NCBI GenBank assembly: GCA_046331405.1
Contig: JAXLQX010000010.1
Coordinates: forward strand, 50,551-114,550
Direction: 5' to 3'
Source: Thermoanaerobaculia bacterium
Lineage (GTDB): Bacteria > Acidobacteriota > Thermoanaerobaculia > Multivoradales > SZUA-115
DNA: 64,000 nt
The translations under genes and the position numbers were made by a program. The notes below the pieces were generated by a model. The model was given only the letters and a program-made list of their open reading frames with translations, did not search any database and was not told the origin of the DNA. Shown here in pieces: positions 15,897-25,302 of this stretch (position 1 is its first letter; every line of letters starts with the position of its first letter).

Positions 15897-17027
15897 CTAC
15901 TTCTTGTCGTCGTCCTCGTTGAGCCAGTCCTCGAACTCCTTGTTGTCGTTTTCCAGGAAGTCGAGGTTCACGTTCGCGAGGCTCGAGTTGTTCGACGAGC
16001 CGAACTCGATTTCGAGGAGGTTCGACGGGCGCTTGAACTTGTCGTGCTGCTTCACGTCGAAGTCCATGTACTCCTGCAGCTTCTTCTTGTGCCAGTCGGG
16101 AAGGAAGGCGCTGGTGACCTTGGCCATGTCGCGGAAGAGCTGGGACTCGTCGTGCGCGAGCGTGGTGTGGTGCAGGTCGCCGTGGAGGGGGTGCGGCCCC
16201 TTGTAGGAGGTCTTGTTGCGCAGGCGCCACTCGTCTTGGATGTCTTCGTCGCTCTCGCTGCCCTGCAGGCGCATCCATTTCGCGAACTGCCAGTAGTGAT
16301 GGGCGTGGATGGCCCACTCGTGGATCAGCGTCTGGAGCATGCTGGCCAGCCGGTTCTGGTGAATTCCGGTCTGGATGGCGATCACCAGCCGGATGCGGGC
16401 GTTCGCGTGGAGGTGCTGCACCATGGTGGGGTCCGAGTCCCGCACCCAGCCGTCCTTGCTCCAGACCTCGAAGCGAGTCTCGGCGGCAGTGGGCACCGTG
16501 TCTTCCGTGGTGAAGTAGAGCTCGGTCCGGGAGTCGTAGTCGAGCTCTCGGAAGTCCGAGACGGTACGACTCATGGTCTCGAAGAACACGCGGTAAGCCG
16601 TGGGATAGCGAGTCTTGTCGTTGTTGAAGTCGCCACCGCGGGCCAGAGTCGCCTGCACCGCACGTTGGGCCGCCTGCGGCGCCGCCCGCCCGGTGGGAGG
16701 AGTGCGGGCTCGCTGGATCGCTTGTGTCACGTGGAGAGGAGGCTGGTGGGGCAGGGCAGCCGAGCTGCGTTCGGGGCGCACTGGAGCGCCCGCCGGGCTT
16801 CGATGGCGGAGGATCGCCTGGGCGACGTGGGCGGCCGGCTGGGGGGACGTCCCTGGGCCGCCCGCGGCCTTGGCCTGGACTGCCTTCGCAACGTGGGGTG
16901 CTAGAGGGCGCGGGCCAGGAGCCGGACGGCTCTGAGCCACCTTCACCTGGTGGCGAGCCAGGGCCGCAGCAAGGTGAGGCGCGAGAGGTCGATTCATCGT
17001 CGGGGTCGGTTGGGCAAGCCCGCCCAC
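15897..17027 (-). CDS. hypothetical protein with N-terminal HVAxAxQ repeats and a low-GC C-terminal domain (HEWAIHAHH)
   Basis: The ORF runs to TTG 17054. GTG 17027 has AGGAGGGGGG 5 nt upstream, and ATG 16997 is also possible. The N-terminal 120 aa carries five related motifs. The C-terminal 260 aa is compositionally normal and ends in the acidic tail NEDDDKK. Confidence 0.6.
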   Translation of the reverse strand: MGGLAQPTPTMNRPLAPHLAAALARHQVKVAQSRPAPGPRPLAPHVAKAVQAKAAGGPGTSPQPAAHVAQAILRHRSPAGAPVRPERSSAALPHQPPLHVTQAIQRARTPPTGRAAPQAAQRAVQATLARGGDFNNDKTRYPTAYRVFFETMSRTVSDFRELDYDSRTELYFTTEDTVPTAAETRFEVWSKDGWVRDSDPTMVQHLHANARIRLVIAIQTGIHQNRLASMLQTLIHEWAIHAHHYWQFAKWMRLQGSESDEDIQDEWRLRNKTSYKGPHPLHGDLHHTTLAHDESQLFRDMAKVTSAFLPDWHKKKLQEYMDFDVKQHDKFKRPSNLLEIEFGSSNNSSLANVNLDFLENDNKEFEDWLNEDDDKK

Positions 17028-17061
17028 GATAGCCCCCCTCCTCGCCGGGATCAAGAACCCG

Positions 17062-17095
17062 TCAGCAAAGCAAAAGGCCCGCCTCGCGGCGGGCC
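17062..17095 (-). terminator. intrinsic terminator of the hsp20 gene
   Basis: On the minus strand, the stem GGCCCGCC / GGCGGGCC (8 bp, 4-nt loop) is followed by TTTTGCTTTGCT. It sits 26 nt after the hsp20 stop. Confidence 0.7.
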
Positions 17096-17120
17096 TGGCT
17101 GCCGGGCAGCGTGCCGCGGA

Positions 17121-17597
17121 TCAGAAGATCGCGATCTTGCGCGGCTTGGTCTCCTCGGCTTTGGGTACCGTGACGGTCAGGATCCCGTCCTTGAACTGAG
17201 CGTTGACCTTCTCGGCCACGACGCCGGTGCCCAGGCTGAAGGCACGGTTGAAGCTGCCGTAGGCGCGCTCGATGCGGTGGTAGTTGTCCTTGTCCATCTC
17301 CTTCTCGAACTTGCGCTCGCCGGCGAGGCGGAGCACGTTGTTCTCGAGCGTGATGCTGATGTCCTCCTTGGTGAGGCCTGGCAGCTCGGCGTGGATCACG
17401 AAGGCCTCATCGGTCTCCTTGATATCGACCGCGGGGACCCAGTTGCGGGTCGACATTTCCTCGCCCAGAGTCGGCATGAGCGGGAAGCGGAAGGGGTCGG
17501 CATTGAAGAAGCGGTCGAAGAAGGGGCCGAAGAAGGGGTCGCGCATGGCAGGGGCGCTTGGAGTGGCTTCGCGGCGGGTCACAGCGTTCTTGGTCAT
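17121..17597 (-). CDS. Hsp20/alpha-crystallin family small heat-shock protein
   Basis: The alpha-crystallin domain reads VPAVDIKETDEAFVIHAELPGLTKEDISITLENNVLRLAGER...YGSFNRAFSL...AQFKDGILTVTVPK. A strong RBS (TAGGAGGAGACGACC) precedes the ATG. Confidence 0.95.
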   Translation of the reverse strand: MTKNAVTRREATPSAPAMRDPFFGPFFDRFFNADPFRFPLMPTLGEEMSTRNWVPAVDIKETDEAFVIHAELPGLTKEDISITLENNVLRLAGERKFEKEMDKDNYHRIERAYGSFNRAFSLGTGVVAEKVNAQFKDGILTVTVPKAEETKPRKIAIF

Positions 17598-17809
17598 GGT
17601 CGTCTCCTCCTAGGTTCTGAGTCTGTCGCGGCTCCGGTGACCTTGTGGAACCGCTCGTTCTGCAGTCTAGAACACTAAGATCTCGTCAGAATATTCCAGG
17701 CTAGCCAGAAATCTTAGTTGGAGGCACTAACTTTCTGCCTTCGAGCGAGAGTTTGACCCATTTTCCCCCAGGCGACAGAATGGGCGAGCCCCCAGCTGGG
17801 CCCCGAGCC

Positions 17810-18337
17810 ATGCCGATCTACGAGTTCTATTGCCCGGATTGCCACACCGTCTTCAGCTTCTTCTCGGCGCGGATCAACACCGAGGCCCGACCGGCCTGTC
17901 CGCGCTGCGCCCGCCCCGGGCTCGAGCGCAAGCCCTCGAGCTTCGCCACCGTGCGAGCCGGTTCCGGCGAGGCCGGCGAGGATGAGGACCTCGGCCTGCC
18001 GGCTGGAGTCGACGAGGAGCGGCTGGGCGCTGCCATGGAGTCAGTGTTCGGCGAGCTCGAAGCCTCGGGCGAGGAGGATCCGCGGGCGATGGTCCAGGCC
18101 ATGCGGCGGTTCGGCGAGGCGGCTGGCGTGGAGCCCGGACCAAGGATGGAGGAGATGCTCCGGCGTCTCGAGGCCGGGGAAGACCCGGATGCCGTGGAAG
18201 CCGAACTGGGAGGGGGCGAAGAAGGGGCCGAGCCCGGGCTCGAGGAGCTCTTCCGAGCGCGGCGAGCGGCCCGCGGCCGGCGAAAGCAGCCGCGAATCGA
18301 CAAGGAGCTCTACTACCTCGAGAGCCCGAACTCCTGA
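17810..18337 (+). CDS. FmdB-family zinc-ribbon protein
   Basis: The N-terminus MPIYEFYCPDCHTVF...CPRC has a CxxC...CxxC ribbon, followed by an acidic low-complexity tail. It starts at an internal ATG (M20 of the track ORF). Confidence 0.75.
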   Translation: MPIYEFYCPDCHTVFSFFSARINTEARPACPRCARPGLERKPSSFATVRAGSGEAGEDEDLGLPAGVDEERLGAAMESVFGELEASGEEDPRAMVQAMRRFGEAAGVEPGPRMEEMLRRLEAGEDPDAVEAELGGGEEGAEPGLEELFRARRAARGRRKQPRIDKELYYLESPNS

Positions 18338-18344
18338 GGTCGGC

Positions 18345-18674
18345 TCACTCCCAGGGGATGTCGGGCATCAGGAGCCTCTCGACTACCTGGCCCTCACCCA
18401 CCACGGATTTTTCGAGGATCTCGTCGACGTCGGCCGGGGTGACGCGCTTGTACCAGAGGTTATGGGGCCAGATCGTGCAGGTGGTGCCGCGGCTGCAGTG
18501 CTTGAGGCAGCCGGTGCGCACCACCATCACCTCTTCGCGCAGCCCCAGGGCCTTCACCTGATCCTGGAATCGGCGATAGACCTCGACCGCCCCACGCTGG
18601 GCGCAGCTCGGCTTGTCGGCTCCCGGCGGGCGCTCGTTGGTGCAGACGAGGATCTGGACTCGGGGCTTGGGCAT
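18345..18674 (-). CDS. thioredoxin-like [2Fe-2S] ferredoxin
   Basis: It reads VQILVCTNERPPGADKPSCAQRGA...GCLKHCSRG. The Cys pattern and the 109-aa size match small (2Fe-2S) ferredoxin-domain proteins. Confidence 0.75.
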   Translation of the reverse strand: MPKPRVQILVCTNERPPGADKPSCAQRGAVEVYRRFQDQVKALGLREEVMVVRTGCLKHCSRGTTCTIWPHNLWYKRVTPADVDEILEKSVVGEGQVVERLLMPDIPWE

Positions 18675-18701
18675 CGCTTTCTCGGCCTCCCAGGCTGAAG
18701 C

Positions 18702-20774
18702 TCAACTGCCGTAAACGCGGATCCCCTCCACGGTGAGGGGGGTGCCGGAGATCTCCACCGTTTCGCCGGCCTTCTTGCCCAGCAGCAGCTTGCCGAGCTC
18801 GGATTCGTAGGAGATCACGCCGCCCTCCGGATTACTCTCCCAGGGGCCGAGGATGCTGAGATCGCGGCCGTCCGAGAGACGCAGCGTGGTGCCGATGCGG
18901 GCTTCGTCCGGCTCGATGGTGGCGAGATCGAGGGCCCGGGCCCGGGTCAGCTGGCCGTTGAGTTCGCCGGCTCGGGCGGTCAGGTACTCATGGCGCTGGC
19001 GGGCGGATTTGTATTCGAAGTTCTCGCGCAGGTCGCCCATCGCTCGGGCCTCTTCGATCGCCTTGCGGTTCGCCGGGATGTCCTTCTCGACGATGGCCCG
19101 CAGCTCCTGCTGCTTGGCCTCGAGGGTCCCGGGCAGAGAGTAGAGGGGAATCACCTCCGGCGCGCGGAGGGAGGAGAAGCGCAGCTCGAGGGCTCGCTGA
19201 AGGTCGTCCCGCCGGTAGGATTCGAGCCCCGCCGCCTTGGCCACGGCCTCGCTCGCCCGCGCAGCTTCGTCCTCGGACAGGAGCGGCAGGATCCTCGGTA
19301 CGGTGTTGCCGGAGTCGAAGAGGGAAAGCAGGCGCACCCGGTAGGGCGCGAGTTCGTTCAGGTTGAGGGCGACCAGGATCTGCTGCAGCAGGCGCAAGGG
19401 GCTTCGCCTGCGCAGGCTCTCCTCGCGCCCGGCGCGCTCGGCCAGCCAGGTGAAGGCGGCCGGGTTCTTGGCCGGCTGGGCCACGGCGGTGTCGAAGATG
19501 CGGTCGAAACCGGCCGGATCCTCCCTCACCAGGGCCGCAGCCAGGAACTCGAGGGTGCGCGCTTCCTCCTCCTTGAGCAGGGCGGAGCTGTATTGCTCGA
19601 GCCAGTCGCTGCGGAGCTCCGGTAGCAGCTGATAGCCCCGCTCGCGCAGCGCGCGGTCCTCGACGCCGGCCAGCACGGCTTTGGGGTCCGGCCGTTCGGA
19701 GAGCAACACTGGAGCCGACCAGTCTTCGTCCTGCGGCGCGATTCCTTCGCGGTCGAGAGCGAACCAGATCTCGACGGCGAGCCCAGGGTTCGTCGCCACC
19801 GCCGAGGCGGCGAGGGCGGCGAGGTCCTCGGCCATGCGCGCCTTGAGGTCGGCATCGCGGCTACCGTCGCGGCGGAAGAGTTCGAGCTTCTTCCTCGGCT
19901 CGGCCTTGGCGAAGGCGGTCCAGACGTTCGACAAGGCGGCCTCGTTGGTGGCCGCCCAGGTGTAGGTCTGGCGGCTGCCCGTGGTGGCCACCACCTGGGG
20001 GTGCTTGCGGGCGGCGGCCCACCAGGAAGTCCAGCCGGCTTCCGTGACCAGCCCGGAGAGGTCCCGCTTCACCTCCGCCGCCGTGAGCGGCTGAGGGTAG
20101 CTGGAGAGCAGGATCCGCAGCACCTCCGACGGGTTCTCACGAGCGAGCACGGCCAGAGTCTCGGGCTGGTTGAGCTTGCGGTGGAGGAAATGGTCGCGGG
20201 CGATCCGCTTGAGCAGTTTGGGCGCTGCGCGGAAGCCCACCGCCATTCGCGGCTGGCCAGGAATCTCCACGCGGAAGCTCTGCAGCTGGAGGTTCACCTC
20301 CACCACCCGCCCGGCCCCCTTGCCCTCCATGAACACCACCTCGCCGAGCTCGAAGGCCACCAGCTGCTCGAGGCGCTCCACCTTTTCCCAGGTCTTGGGG
20401 ATGTCGTGGGCGGCGCGCAGCAGGCCGACGTTCTCGAGCAGTCCGCGGAAGCTCGGCCCGCCGCCGTAGAGCTGCTCGAGGTTGCCGAGGATCGAGGTAT
20501 GGAGCTGCTCGGGGTCGCTGTGCAGGATGTCGCCGGCCCGCCGGAGCAGCGTCAGCCGGCTGCGGAACGCCGGCAGGCTGCCGAGGTGGTCGTAGAGCAT
20601 CTCGAGCAGACCGCGAGCCCGCTGGTCGGCCGCGTGCCCCACCAGCGCCCGGGCCACGCCGACGAAGTAGTCGAGCTCCTCCGGCCCCTCTTCGAGCTGG
20701 GAGAACCAGTCCCCTTCGACGGCGTCGAAATCGCCCTTGGCCAGCAGGTCCTGGGTGCGTCGTGAAATTGCCAT
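18702..20774 (-). CDS. GreA/GreB-domain protein with a long N-terminal extension
   Basis: The C-terminal roughly 150 aa (AMGDLRENFEYKSARQRHEYL...GETVEISG...VEGIRVYGS) matches the Gre-factor coiled-coil tip plus globular domain. The preceding roughly 530 aa is helical and uncharacterised. Confidence 0.7.
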   Translation of the reverse strand: MAISRRTQDLLAKGDFDAVEGDWFSQLEEGPEELDYFVGVARALVGHAADQRARGLLEMLYDHLGSLPAFRSRLTLLRRAGDILHSDPEQLHTSILGNLEQLYGGGPSFRGLLENVGLLRAAHDIPKTWEKVERLEQLVAFELGEVVFMEGKGAGRVVEVNLQLQSFRVEIPGQPRMAVGFRAAPKLLKRIARDHFLHRKLNQPETLAVLARENPSEVLRILLSSYPQPLTAAEVKRDLSGLVTEAGWTSWWAAARKHPQVVATTGSRQTYTWAATNEAALSNVWTAFAKAEPRKKLELFRRDGSRDADLKARMAEDLAALAASAVATNPGLAVEIWFALDREGIAPQDEDWSAPVLLSERPDPKAVLAGVEDRALRERGYQLLPELRSDWLEQYSSALLKEEEARTLEFLAAALVREDPAGFDRIFDTAVAQPAKNPAAFTWLAERAGREESLRRRSPLRLLQQILVALNLNELAPYRVRLLSLFDSGNTVPRILPLLSEDEAARASEAVAKAAGLESYRRDDLQRALELRFSSLRAPEVIPLYSLPGTLEAKQQELRAIVEKDIPANRKAIEEARAMGDLRENFEYKSARQRHEYLTARAGELNGQLTRARALDLATIEPDEARIGTTLRLSDGRDLSILGPWESNPEGGVISYESELGKLLLGKKAGETVEISGTPLTVEGIRVYGS

Positions 20775-20839
20775 GCGACTCGCTTTCTGGTTGAGGCTCG
20801 GGCTCTCCTCGAGTCCCGAGGACGCTAGAGTAGGAGAGG

Positions 20840-21580
20840 ATGGCAGACGGGATCAACGGCGAAGAGGATCAGGCCCGCTGGCTGCGGGAAGCAGACCGAG
20901 GCGAGCTGCTCGGCTGGCTGGCGGAGAACGCCCCGGGGCTCGACCTGCGACGGGTGCGGCAGATTCTGCTCAATCCCTTCACCGACCACGAGGTGCTCGC
21001 CGTGCTGCTGGCGGTGCCCCATCTGGTCAAGTCCCCCGAGGTGCGCAAGGCCCTGGTCGCTCACCCGCGCACCCCGGAGGCGGCTGCTCTGGGCCTGGTG
21101 GGCACTCTGTTCTGGCACGACCTGCTCGACCTCGCCGCCGATCTGCGCGTGCCGCCGGCGGTTCGCCACGCCGCCGAGCGCTATCTGATCGAGCGCTTGG
21201 TCGGCCTGACGGAAGGGGAGCGAGTCACCCTCGCCCGGCGGGCGAGCACGGCGGTGCTCACCCGGCTGCGGCTCGATCCCAGCCCGCGGGTGATCGCCGC
21301 CATGCTCGAGAACGGCCGGCTTACGGAAGGCCAGCTGCTGCCCATGCTGGCTTCGGACTCGACCCCGCCGGAGGTGCTGGCTCTGGTGGCCGGCAGTCGC
21401 TGGGGCCTGCGCTACGAGGTGAAGGTGGCGCTGGCGCGCAACCGGCGGACTCCCGTGGTGACGGTGCTGATGATTCTGCCCCACCTGCGGGAGTCGGATC
21501 TGCGCGTTGTGATGGCCGATCCACGGTTGGCTATGCCGGTGCGGCATGCGGCTCGGCAGCGGCTCTTCTCGCGCGATTGA
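20840..21580 (+). CDS. hypothetical protein (HEAT/ARM-like helical repeats)
   Basis: It has an ATG with GGAGAGG upstream and balanced composition. It contains repeated ...PRTP...AL... helical units. The overlapping opposite-strand ORFs are Arg/Pro/Gly junk. Confidence 0.6.
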   Translation: MADGINGEEDQARWLREADRGELLGWLAENAPGLDLRRVRQILLNPFTDHEVLAVLLAVPHLVKSPEVRKALVAHPRTPEAAALGLVGTLFWHDLLDLAADLRVPPAVRHAAERYLIERLVGLTEGERVTLARRASTAVLTRLRLDPSPRVIAAMLENGRLTEGQLLPMLASDSTPPEVLALVAGSRWGLRYEVKVALARNRRTPVVTVLMILPHLRESDLRVVMADPRLAMPVRHAARQRLFSRD

Positions 21581-21641
21581 CCGGCGCTTGTGAGCGCGGC
21601 TAAGCTATGTTGGAACAAGGTGTTAGCGGTCGAAGTGGACG

Positions 21642-22574
21642 ATGGCCAATCAACGCGGCAAGAACAAACCCCGTCCCTGGCAAGCGAACGGCGAAGAAGA
21701 GGTCTCTTTCGGCACCTGGCTGCGCCGGCAGCGGGAGGTTCGGGAGATCGGCCTCCGGGAGATCGCCGACGCCAGCAAGATCAGCCTGCGCTATCTCGAG
21801 GCCTTCGAACAAGATCGCTTCGATGTGCTGCCCGCGGTGGTGTTCGCTCGCGGCTTCCTGCGCGAGTACGCCAAATACGTCGGGCTCGACGCCGACGAGG
21901 CGGTGAACCGCTTCCTGGCCGCCTATCGGGACTCCGAGAGCGGGGAGGAAGTGGAGCCCCAGCGCCCGGAGCGCGCCGGCTCCAACCAGTGGCTCTACAA
22001 CCTGCTGATGTTCGTGGCGGTGGCCGCAGTGCTGGTGCTGATCGCCGTGGTGGCATTCAAGGCGGAGCGCCGCCGGAAAGAAACCGGGGAGCCGGTGGCG
22101 GCAGCCGCTCTCCCGCCTGCTCCCGCCGCTGGGGTTGAACGCCTTCCTGCGGCCGCCGCGCCGTCGCCCGCGGTTCCGCCGCCCGCCGAGGCCGCCGCCG
22201 CTCAGGTGGCGCCGAGTTCCGAGAAGCCGCCGGCCGCCGCCGCAGAGAGCCCTCCAGCCGAGCCGCCGCCGGGAGCCCAGAGCGCCCCGCCACCGGCCTC
22301 GACCGCCCCACTGGTGGTGACCCTGGACTTCGCCGACAGCTGCTGGGTGGAGGCTCGCCTGGACGGCAAGAGAAGCCAACAGCAGCAATACTCCCGGGGC
22401 GAGTCCCTGAGGCTCGAAGCTCAGGACTCGGTGGACCTCACCCTCGGCAACGCGCCCGGCGTGCAGATCTTCGTCAACGGCAAGCGCTACGCACCCGAGC
22501 TAGGAAGCAGCAAGGTCCTGCGAGGGCTCAAGATCGACTTGGCGACCGCCAAGGCCATCGCCGGAGGGCCCTGA
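21642..22574 (+). CDS. rodZ: RodZ-like cytoskeleton protein (HTH, TM helix, Pro/Ala linker, DUF4115-like C-terminus)
   Basis: It has an N-terminal HTH (FGTWLRRQREVREIGLREIADASKISLRYLEAFEQDRFDVLP) and one TM helix, then a Pro/Ala-rich linker. The C-terminus reads SCWVEARLDGK...LTLGNAPGVQIFVNGKRY. Confidence 0.7.
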   Translation: MANQRGKNKPRPWQANGEEEVSFGTWLRRQREVREIGLREIADASKISLRYLEAFEQDRFDVLPAVVFARGFLREYAKYVGLDADEAVNRFLAAYRDSESGEEVEPQRPERAGSNQWLYNLLMFVAVAAVLVLIAVVAFKAERRRKETGEPVAAAALPPAPAAGVERLPAAAAPSPAVPPPAEAAAAQVAPSSEKPPAAAAESPPAEPPPGAQSAPPPASTAPLVVTLDFADSCWVEARLDGKRSQQQQYSRGESLRLEAQDSVDLTLGNAPGVQIFVNGKRYAPELGSSKVLRGLKIDLATAKAIAGGP

Positions 22575-23608
22575 TGGCCTCGAGGGAGACCACCTCCCAC
22601 CTGGCGCAGCAGATCCTCTCCGGGGCCGCCAGTCCGGACCTTCGCTCGATGGCTGCCCGAGGGCTGCTGCCTCTGGCGGTGGAACAGCTGATCCCGATCC
22701 AGATCTTCCTCACCAACGACTCGGAGTCGAGCATCGGCGACGAGGCGCGCGCCAGTTTGCGCCAGATCGAGCCTCATCTGGTGGCGGACTTCGTGGCCCA
22801 TTCGGCGAACCCCACCGAGCTCGCCTACTTCGCCGCCAACTTCCAGGACAGCGCGCCGGTGGTGCTCGAGACCCTGATCCGGCGCCGGGACGTTCCTCGC
22901 AACCTGCTGGTGGCCATGGCGCCCCGGCTTCCGGTGGTCTACCAGGACATCCTCATCCTGCGCCAGGATGCCATCGTCGAAGCTCCGGCCATCCTCGACG
23001 CGCTCGAGGCCAATCCGGACCTCGAGCGCAGCATCAAGCGGCGGATCCTCGAGTACCGCGAGCATCTGATCCCCCGTGCGCGGCGTATCCTCCAAGAACT
23101 GGCGCCCGGGGAGAGCGGAGAACCGGCCAACGGTGAGATCATCGAGGCCATTCTGGAGGCGGACAGCGCGCCGCCTTCCGGGGAGCTCGAAGAAGTCACC
23201 GGACTGACCGAAGGGCAGATCCGGCTGTTGGCGATACCGGTGCGGCTGCGACTGTCGCGGGGAGCGCCGAGGACCTTGCGCAACATGCTGATCAAGGACC
23301 CTCACCCGCAGGTTGCGGTCTCGACGCTGGTCAACAATGCTCTGTCGGACGACGAGCTGGAGATGGCGGCGCGGAGCAGAGTGGTGGTGGAGGATATTCT
23401 GATCGAGATGGCCCGCCACAGAGAGTGGATGAACAAGCACTCGGTGGTCTCGGCGCTGGTGGGCAACCCGCGCACGCCGATCGCTATCGCCATGCGCCAC
23501 CTGCCTCGCCTGTCGGTTCGCGAGCTGCGCAGCCTGGCGCACAATCGCAACGTTTCGGACGCGGTGCGCAAGGCCGCCCAGCGTCAATTCCAGGCCAAGA
23601 CCTCCTGA
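22574..23608 (+). CDS. hypothetical protein (helical repeats)
   Basis: Its start overlaps the rodZ stop (TGATG). The composition is balanced across 344 aa, and I recognise no motif. Confidence 0.6.
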   Translation: MASRETTSHLAQQILSGAASPDLRSMAARGLLPLAVEQLIPIQIFLTNDSESSIGDEARASLRQIEPHLVADFVAHSANPTELAYFAANFQDSAPVVLETLIRRRDVPRNLLVAMAPRLPVVYQDILILRQDAIVEAPAILDALEANPDLERSIKRRILEYREHLIPRARRILQELAPGESGEPANGEIIEAILEADSAPPSGELEEVTGLTEGQIRLLAIPVRLRLSRGAPRTLRNMLIKDPHPQVAVSTLVNNALSDDELEMAARSRVVVEDILIEMARHREWMNKHSVVSALVGNPRTPIAIAMRHLPRLSVRELRSLAHNRNVSDAVRKAAQRQFQAKTS

Positions 23609-23613
23609 CCTCC

Positions 23614-24249
23614 ATGGCGAAGAGCTTCTACGACATCCTGGGAGTCCTGCAGAACGCCACCGAGGAGCAGATCCGGCTCCGCTTCCGCGAGCTCGCCCGG
23701 CTGCGCCATCCGGATCGCTTCCAGGGCGAGGAGAAGGCCCGGGCCGAGCGGGACTTCCAAGACCTGACCGAGGCTTTCAACGTGCTGCTGAACCCCGAGC
23801 GCCGCCGCCAGCACGATGCCGAGCTGGCCCGGCCCGTGGCGCAGAGGCAAGCGGCCGACCCCGAGCAGCTGGCGAAGGTCTACCTGCAGCGGGGCACCAA
23901 GGCCTACAAAGAAGGCAACTTCCTCGACGCAGCGGAGAACTTCGATCGGGCCACCAAGGCGCAGCCCACCAACGCCAAAGCCTGGCACCACCTCGCTCTG
24001 GCCTGCAGCCAACAGCGGCGCTGGCTCTCCCGCGCCACCGCCGCCATCACCCGGGCCTGCGAGCTCGAGCCGATGAACTCCACGTACTTGAAACTAGCCG
24101 GGCGGATCTACGAATCCACCGGGGCGTTCTCCCGGGCCGAGCAGTACTACAGCGAGGCCCTGAGCTGGGGAGGGGCCGATGCTCCAACCGAAGAGAGGCT
24201 GGCCGAAGTCCGGCGCCAGGCCCGCAAAGGCAAAGGCCTATTTGGCTGA
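23614..24249 (+). CDS. J-domain protein with C-terminal TPR repeats
   Basis: It reads MAKSFYDILGVLQNATEEQIRLRFRELARLRHPDRF...AFNVLLNPERRRQHD (J domain with the HPD motif). TPR-like YLQRGTKAYKEGNFLDAAENFDRA follows. Confidence 0.85.
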   Translation: MAKSFYDILGVLQNATEEQIRLRFRELARLRHPDRFQGEEKARAERDFQDLTEAFNVLLNPERRRQHDAELARPVAQRQAADPEQLAKVYLQRGTKAYKEGNFLDAAENFDRATKAQPTNAKAWHHLALACSQQRRWLSRATAAITRACELEPMNSTYLKLAGRIYESTGAFSRAEQYYSEALSWGGADAPTEERLAEVRRQARKGKGLFG

Positions 24250-24278
24250 AGCCGGCGACCCGAGATAGGCTCCCGAGA

Positions 24279-25043
24279 ATGCTGCGTGTGAGGGCTTGTG
24301 GTTTGTCCGACGTGGGGATGGCGCGTTCCCACAATGAGGACTGTTTCGAGATCGACTCGTCCCACCAGCTTTTCGTGGTGGCGGACGGCATGGGCGGCCA
24401 CAGCCATGGCGAAATCGCCTCGCGGATCGCCGTCGAGACCATCCGCGACTTCGCCCGCCGGGCCCTCGACCACGAAGGCACCTGGCCTTTCCCCTTCGAC
24501 GAGCGCTTCACCCTCCACTCGAACGTGTTGGCCAACGCCGTGCGCCTGGCCCATCGCAACGTCCTCAAGGCGATCGGCCGGGATGTCGCGCTCCAGGGCA
24601 TGGGCACCACGGTGGTAGGGCTGATCGCCTACCGCGACGCGGCAGCGATCGCCCACGTGGGAGACAGCCGTGTCTACCGCTGCCGGGAAGGGCGGCTCGA
24701 GCTGCTGACCCAGGATCACACCTGGGTCAACGAGCAGGTGGCCGCGGGCTTCCTCTCCGAAGAGCAGGCGCGAGTGCATCCCCTCAAGAACGTGGTCACC
24801 CGCGCCCTCGGCGGGGAAGGCGAGGTCGAAGTGGACATCCAGGAGCTGGGCCTCGAGCCGGGGGACCGCTTCTTGCTCTGCTCGGACGGCCTTACCACCA
24901 TGCTCGGAGACGAGCAGATCCAGCGGCTGCTCCTGGGCGACGGTGCGCTCGAGGAGATCTGCCGCCAGCTGGTGGGCGAGGCCAACCGCCGCGGCGGCAT
25001 CGACAACATCACGGTGGTCCTGCTGGAAGTCGAGCCGGTCTGA
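24279..25043 (+). CDS. PP2C-family Ser/Thr protein phosphatase
   Basis: Motifs present are GLSDVGMARSHNEDCF, FVVADGMGGHSHGEIAS, GMGTTVVG and LLCSDGLT...GGIDNITVV. Confidence 0.9.
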   Translation: MLRVRACGLSDVGMARSHNEDCFEIDSSHQLFVVADGMGGHSHGEIASRIAVETIRDFARRALDHEGTWPFPFDERFTLHSNVLANAVRLAHRNVLKAIGRDVALQGMGTTVVGLIAYRDAAAIAHVGDSRVYRCREGRLELLTQDHTWVNEQVAAGFLSEEQARVHPLKNVVTRALGGEGEVEVDIQELGLEPGDRFLLCSDGLTTMLGDEQIQRLLLGDGALEEICRQLVGEANRRGGIDNITVVLLEVEPV

Positions 25044-25302
25044 CCTCTCCTCGAAGCGGTACGGCTAGATAGCGGCCGCGCCTCCTTCGGTAATTCTCAC
25101 GAAAACCTTTCTGTTCAGCGTCCCGTCGGGCGCTCCCGCTGGCTTTCCGGTGGCATCGGAAGGCCTGTTGCGGGATCATAGGAATTATGGCTCTCCTTGC
25201 TGGAAATTATGATCGATCCCGAGTGTCTCCATTTTACTTTCTGGCGCCACTCTTGTCAGTGAACCCGAGCCCTTTTCGGCGACCACGAGACGGAGGAAAG
25301 CG

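Noticed and set aside
17660-17735. A CIRCE (HrcA) operator upstream of hsp20.
   Set aside because: The sequences TTAGTGCCTC and CTTAGTGTT only loosely resemble TTAGCACTC-N9-GAGTGCTAA, and their spacing and orientation do not fit.
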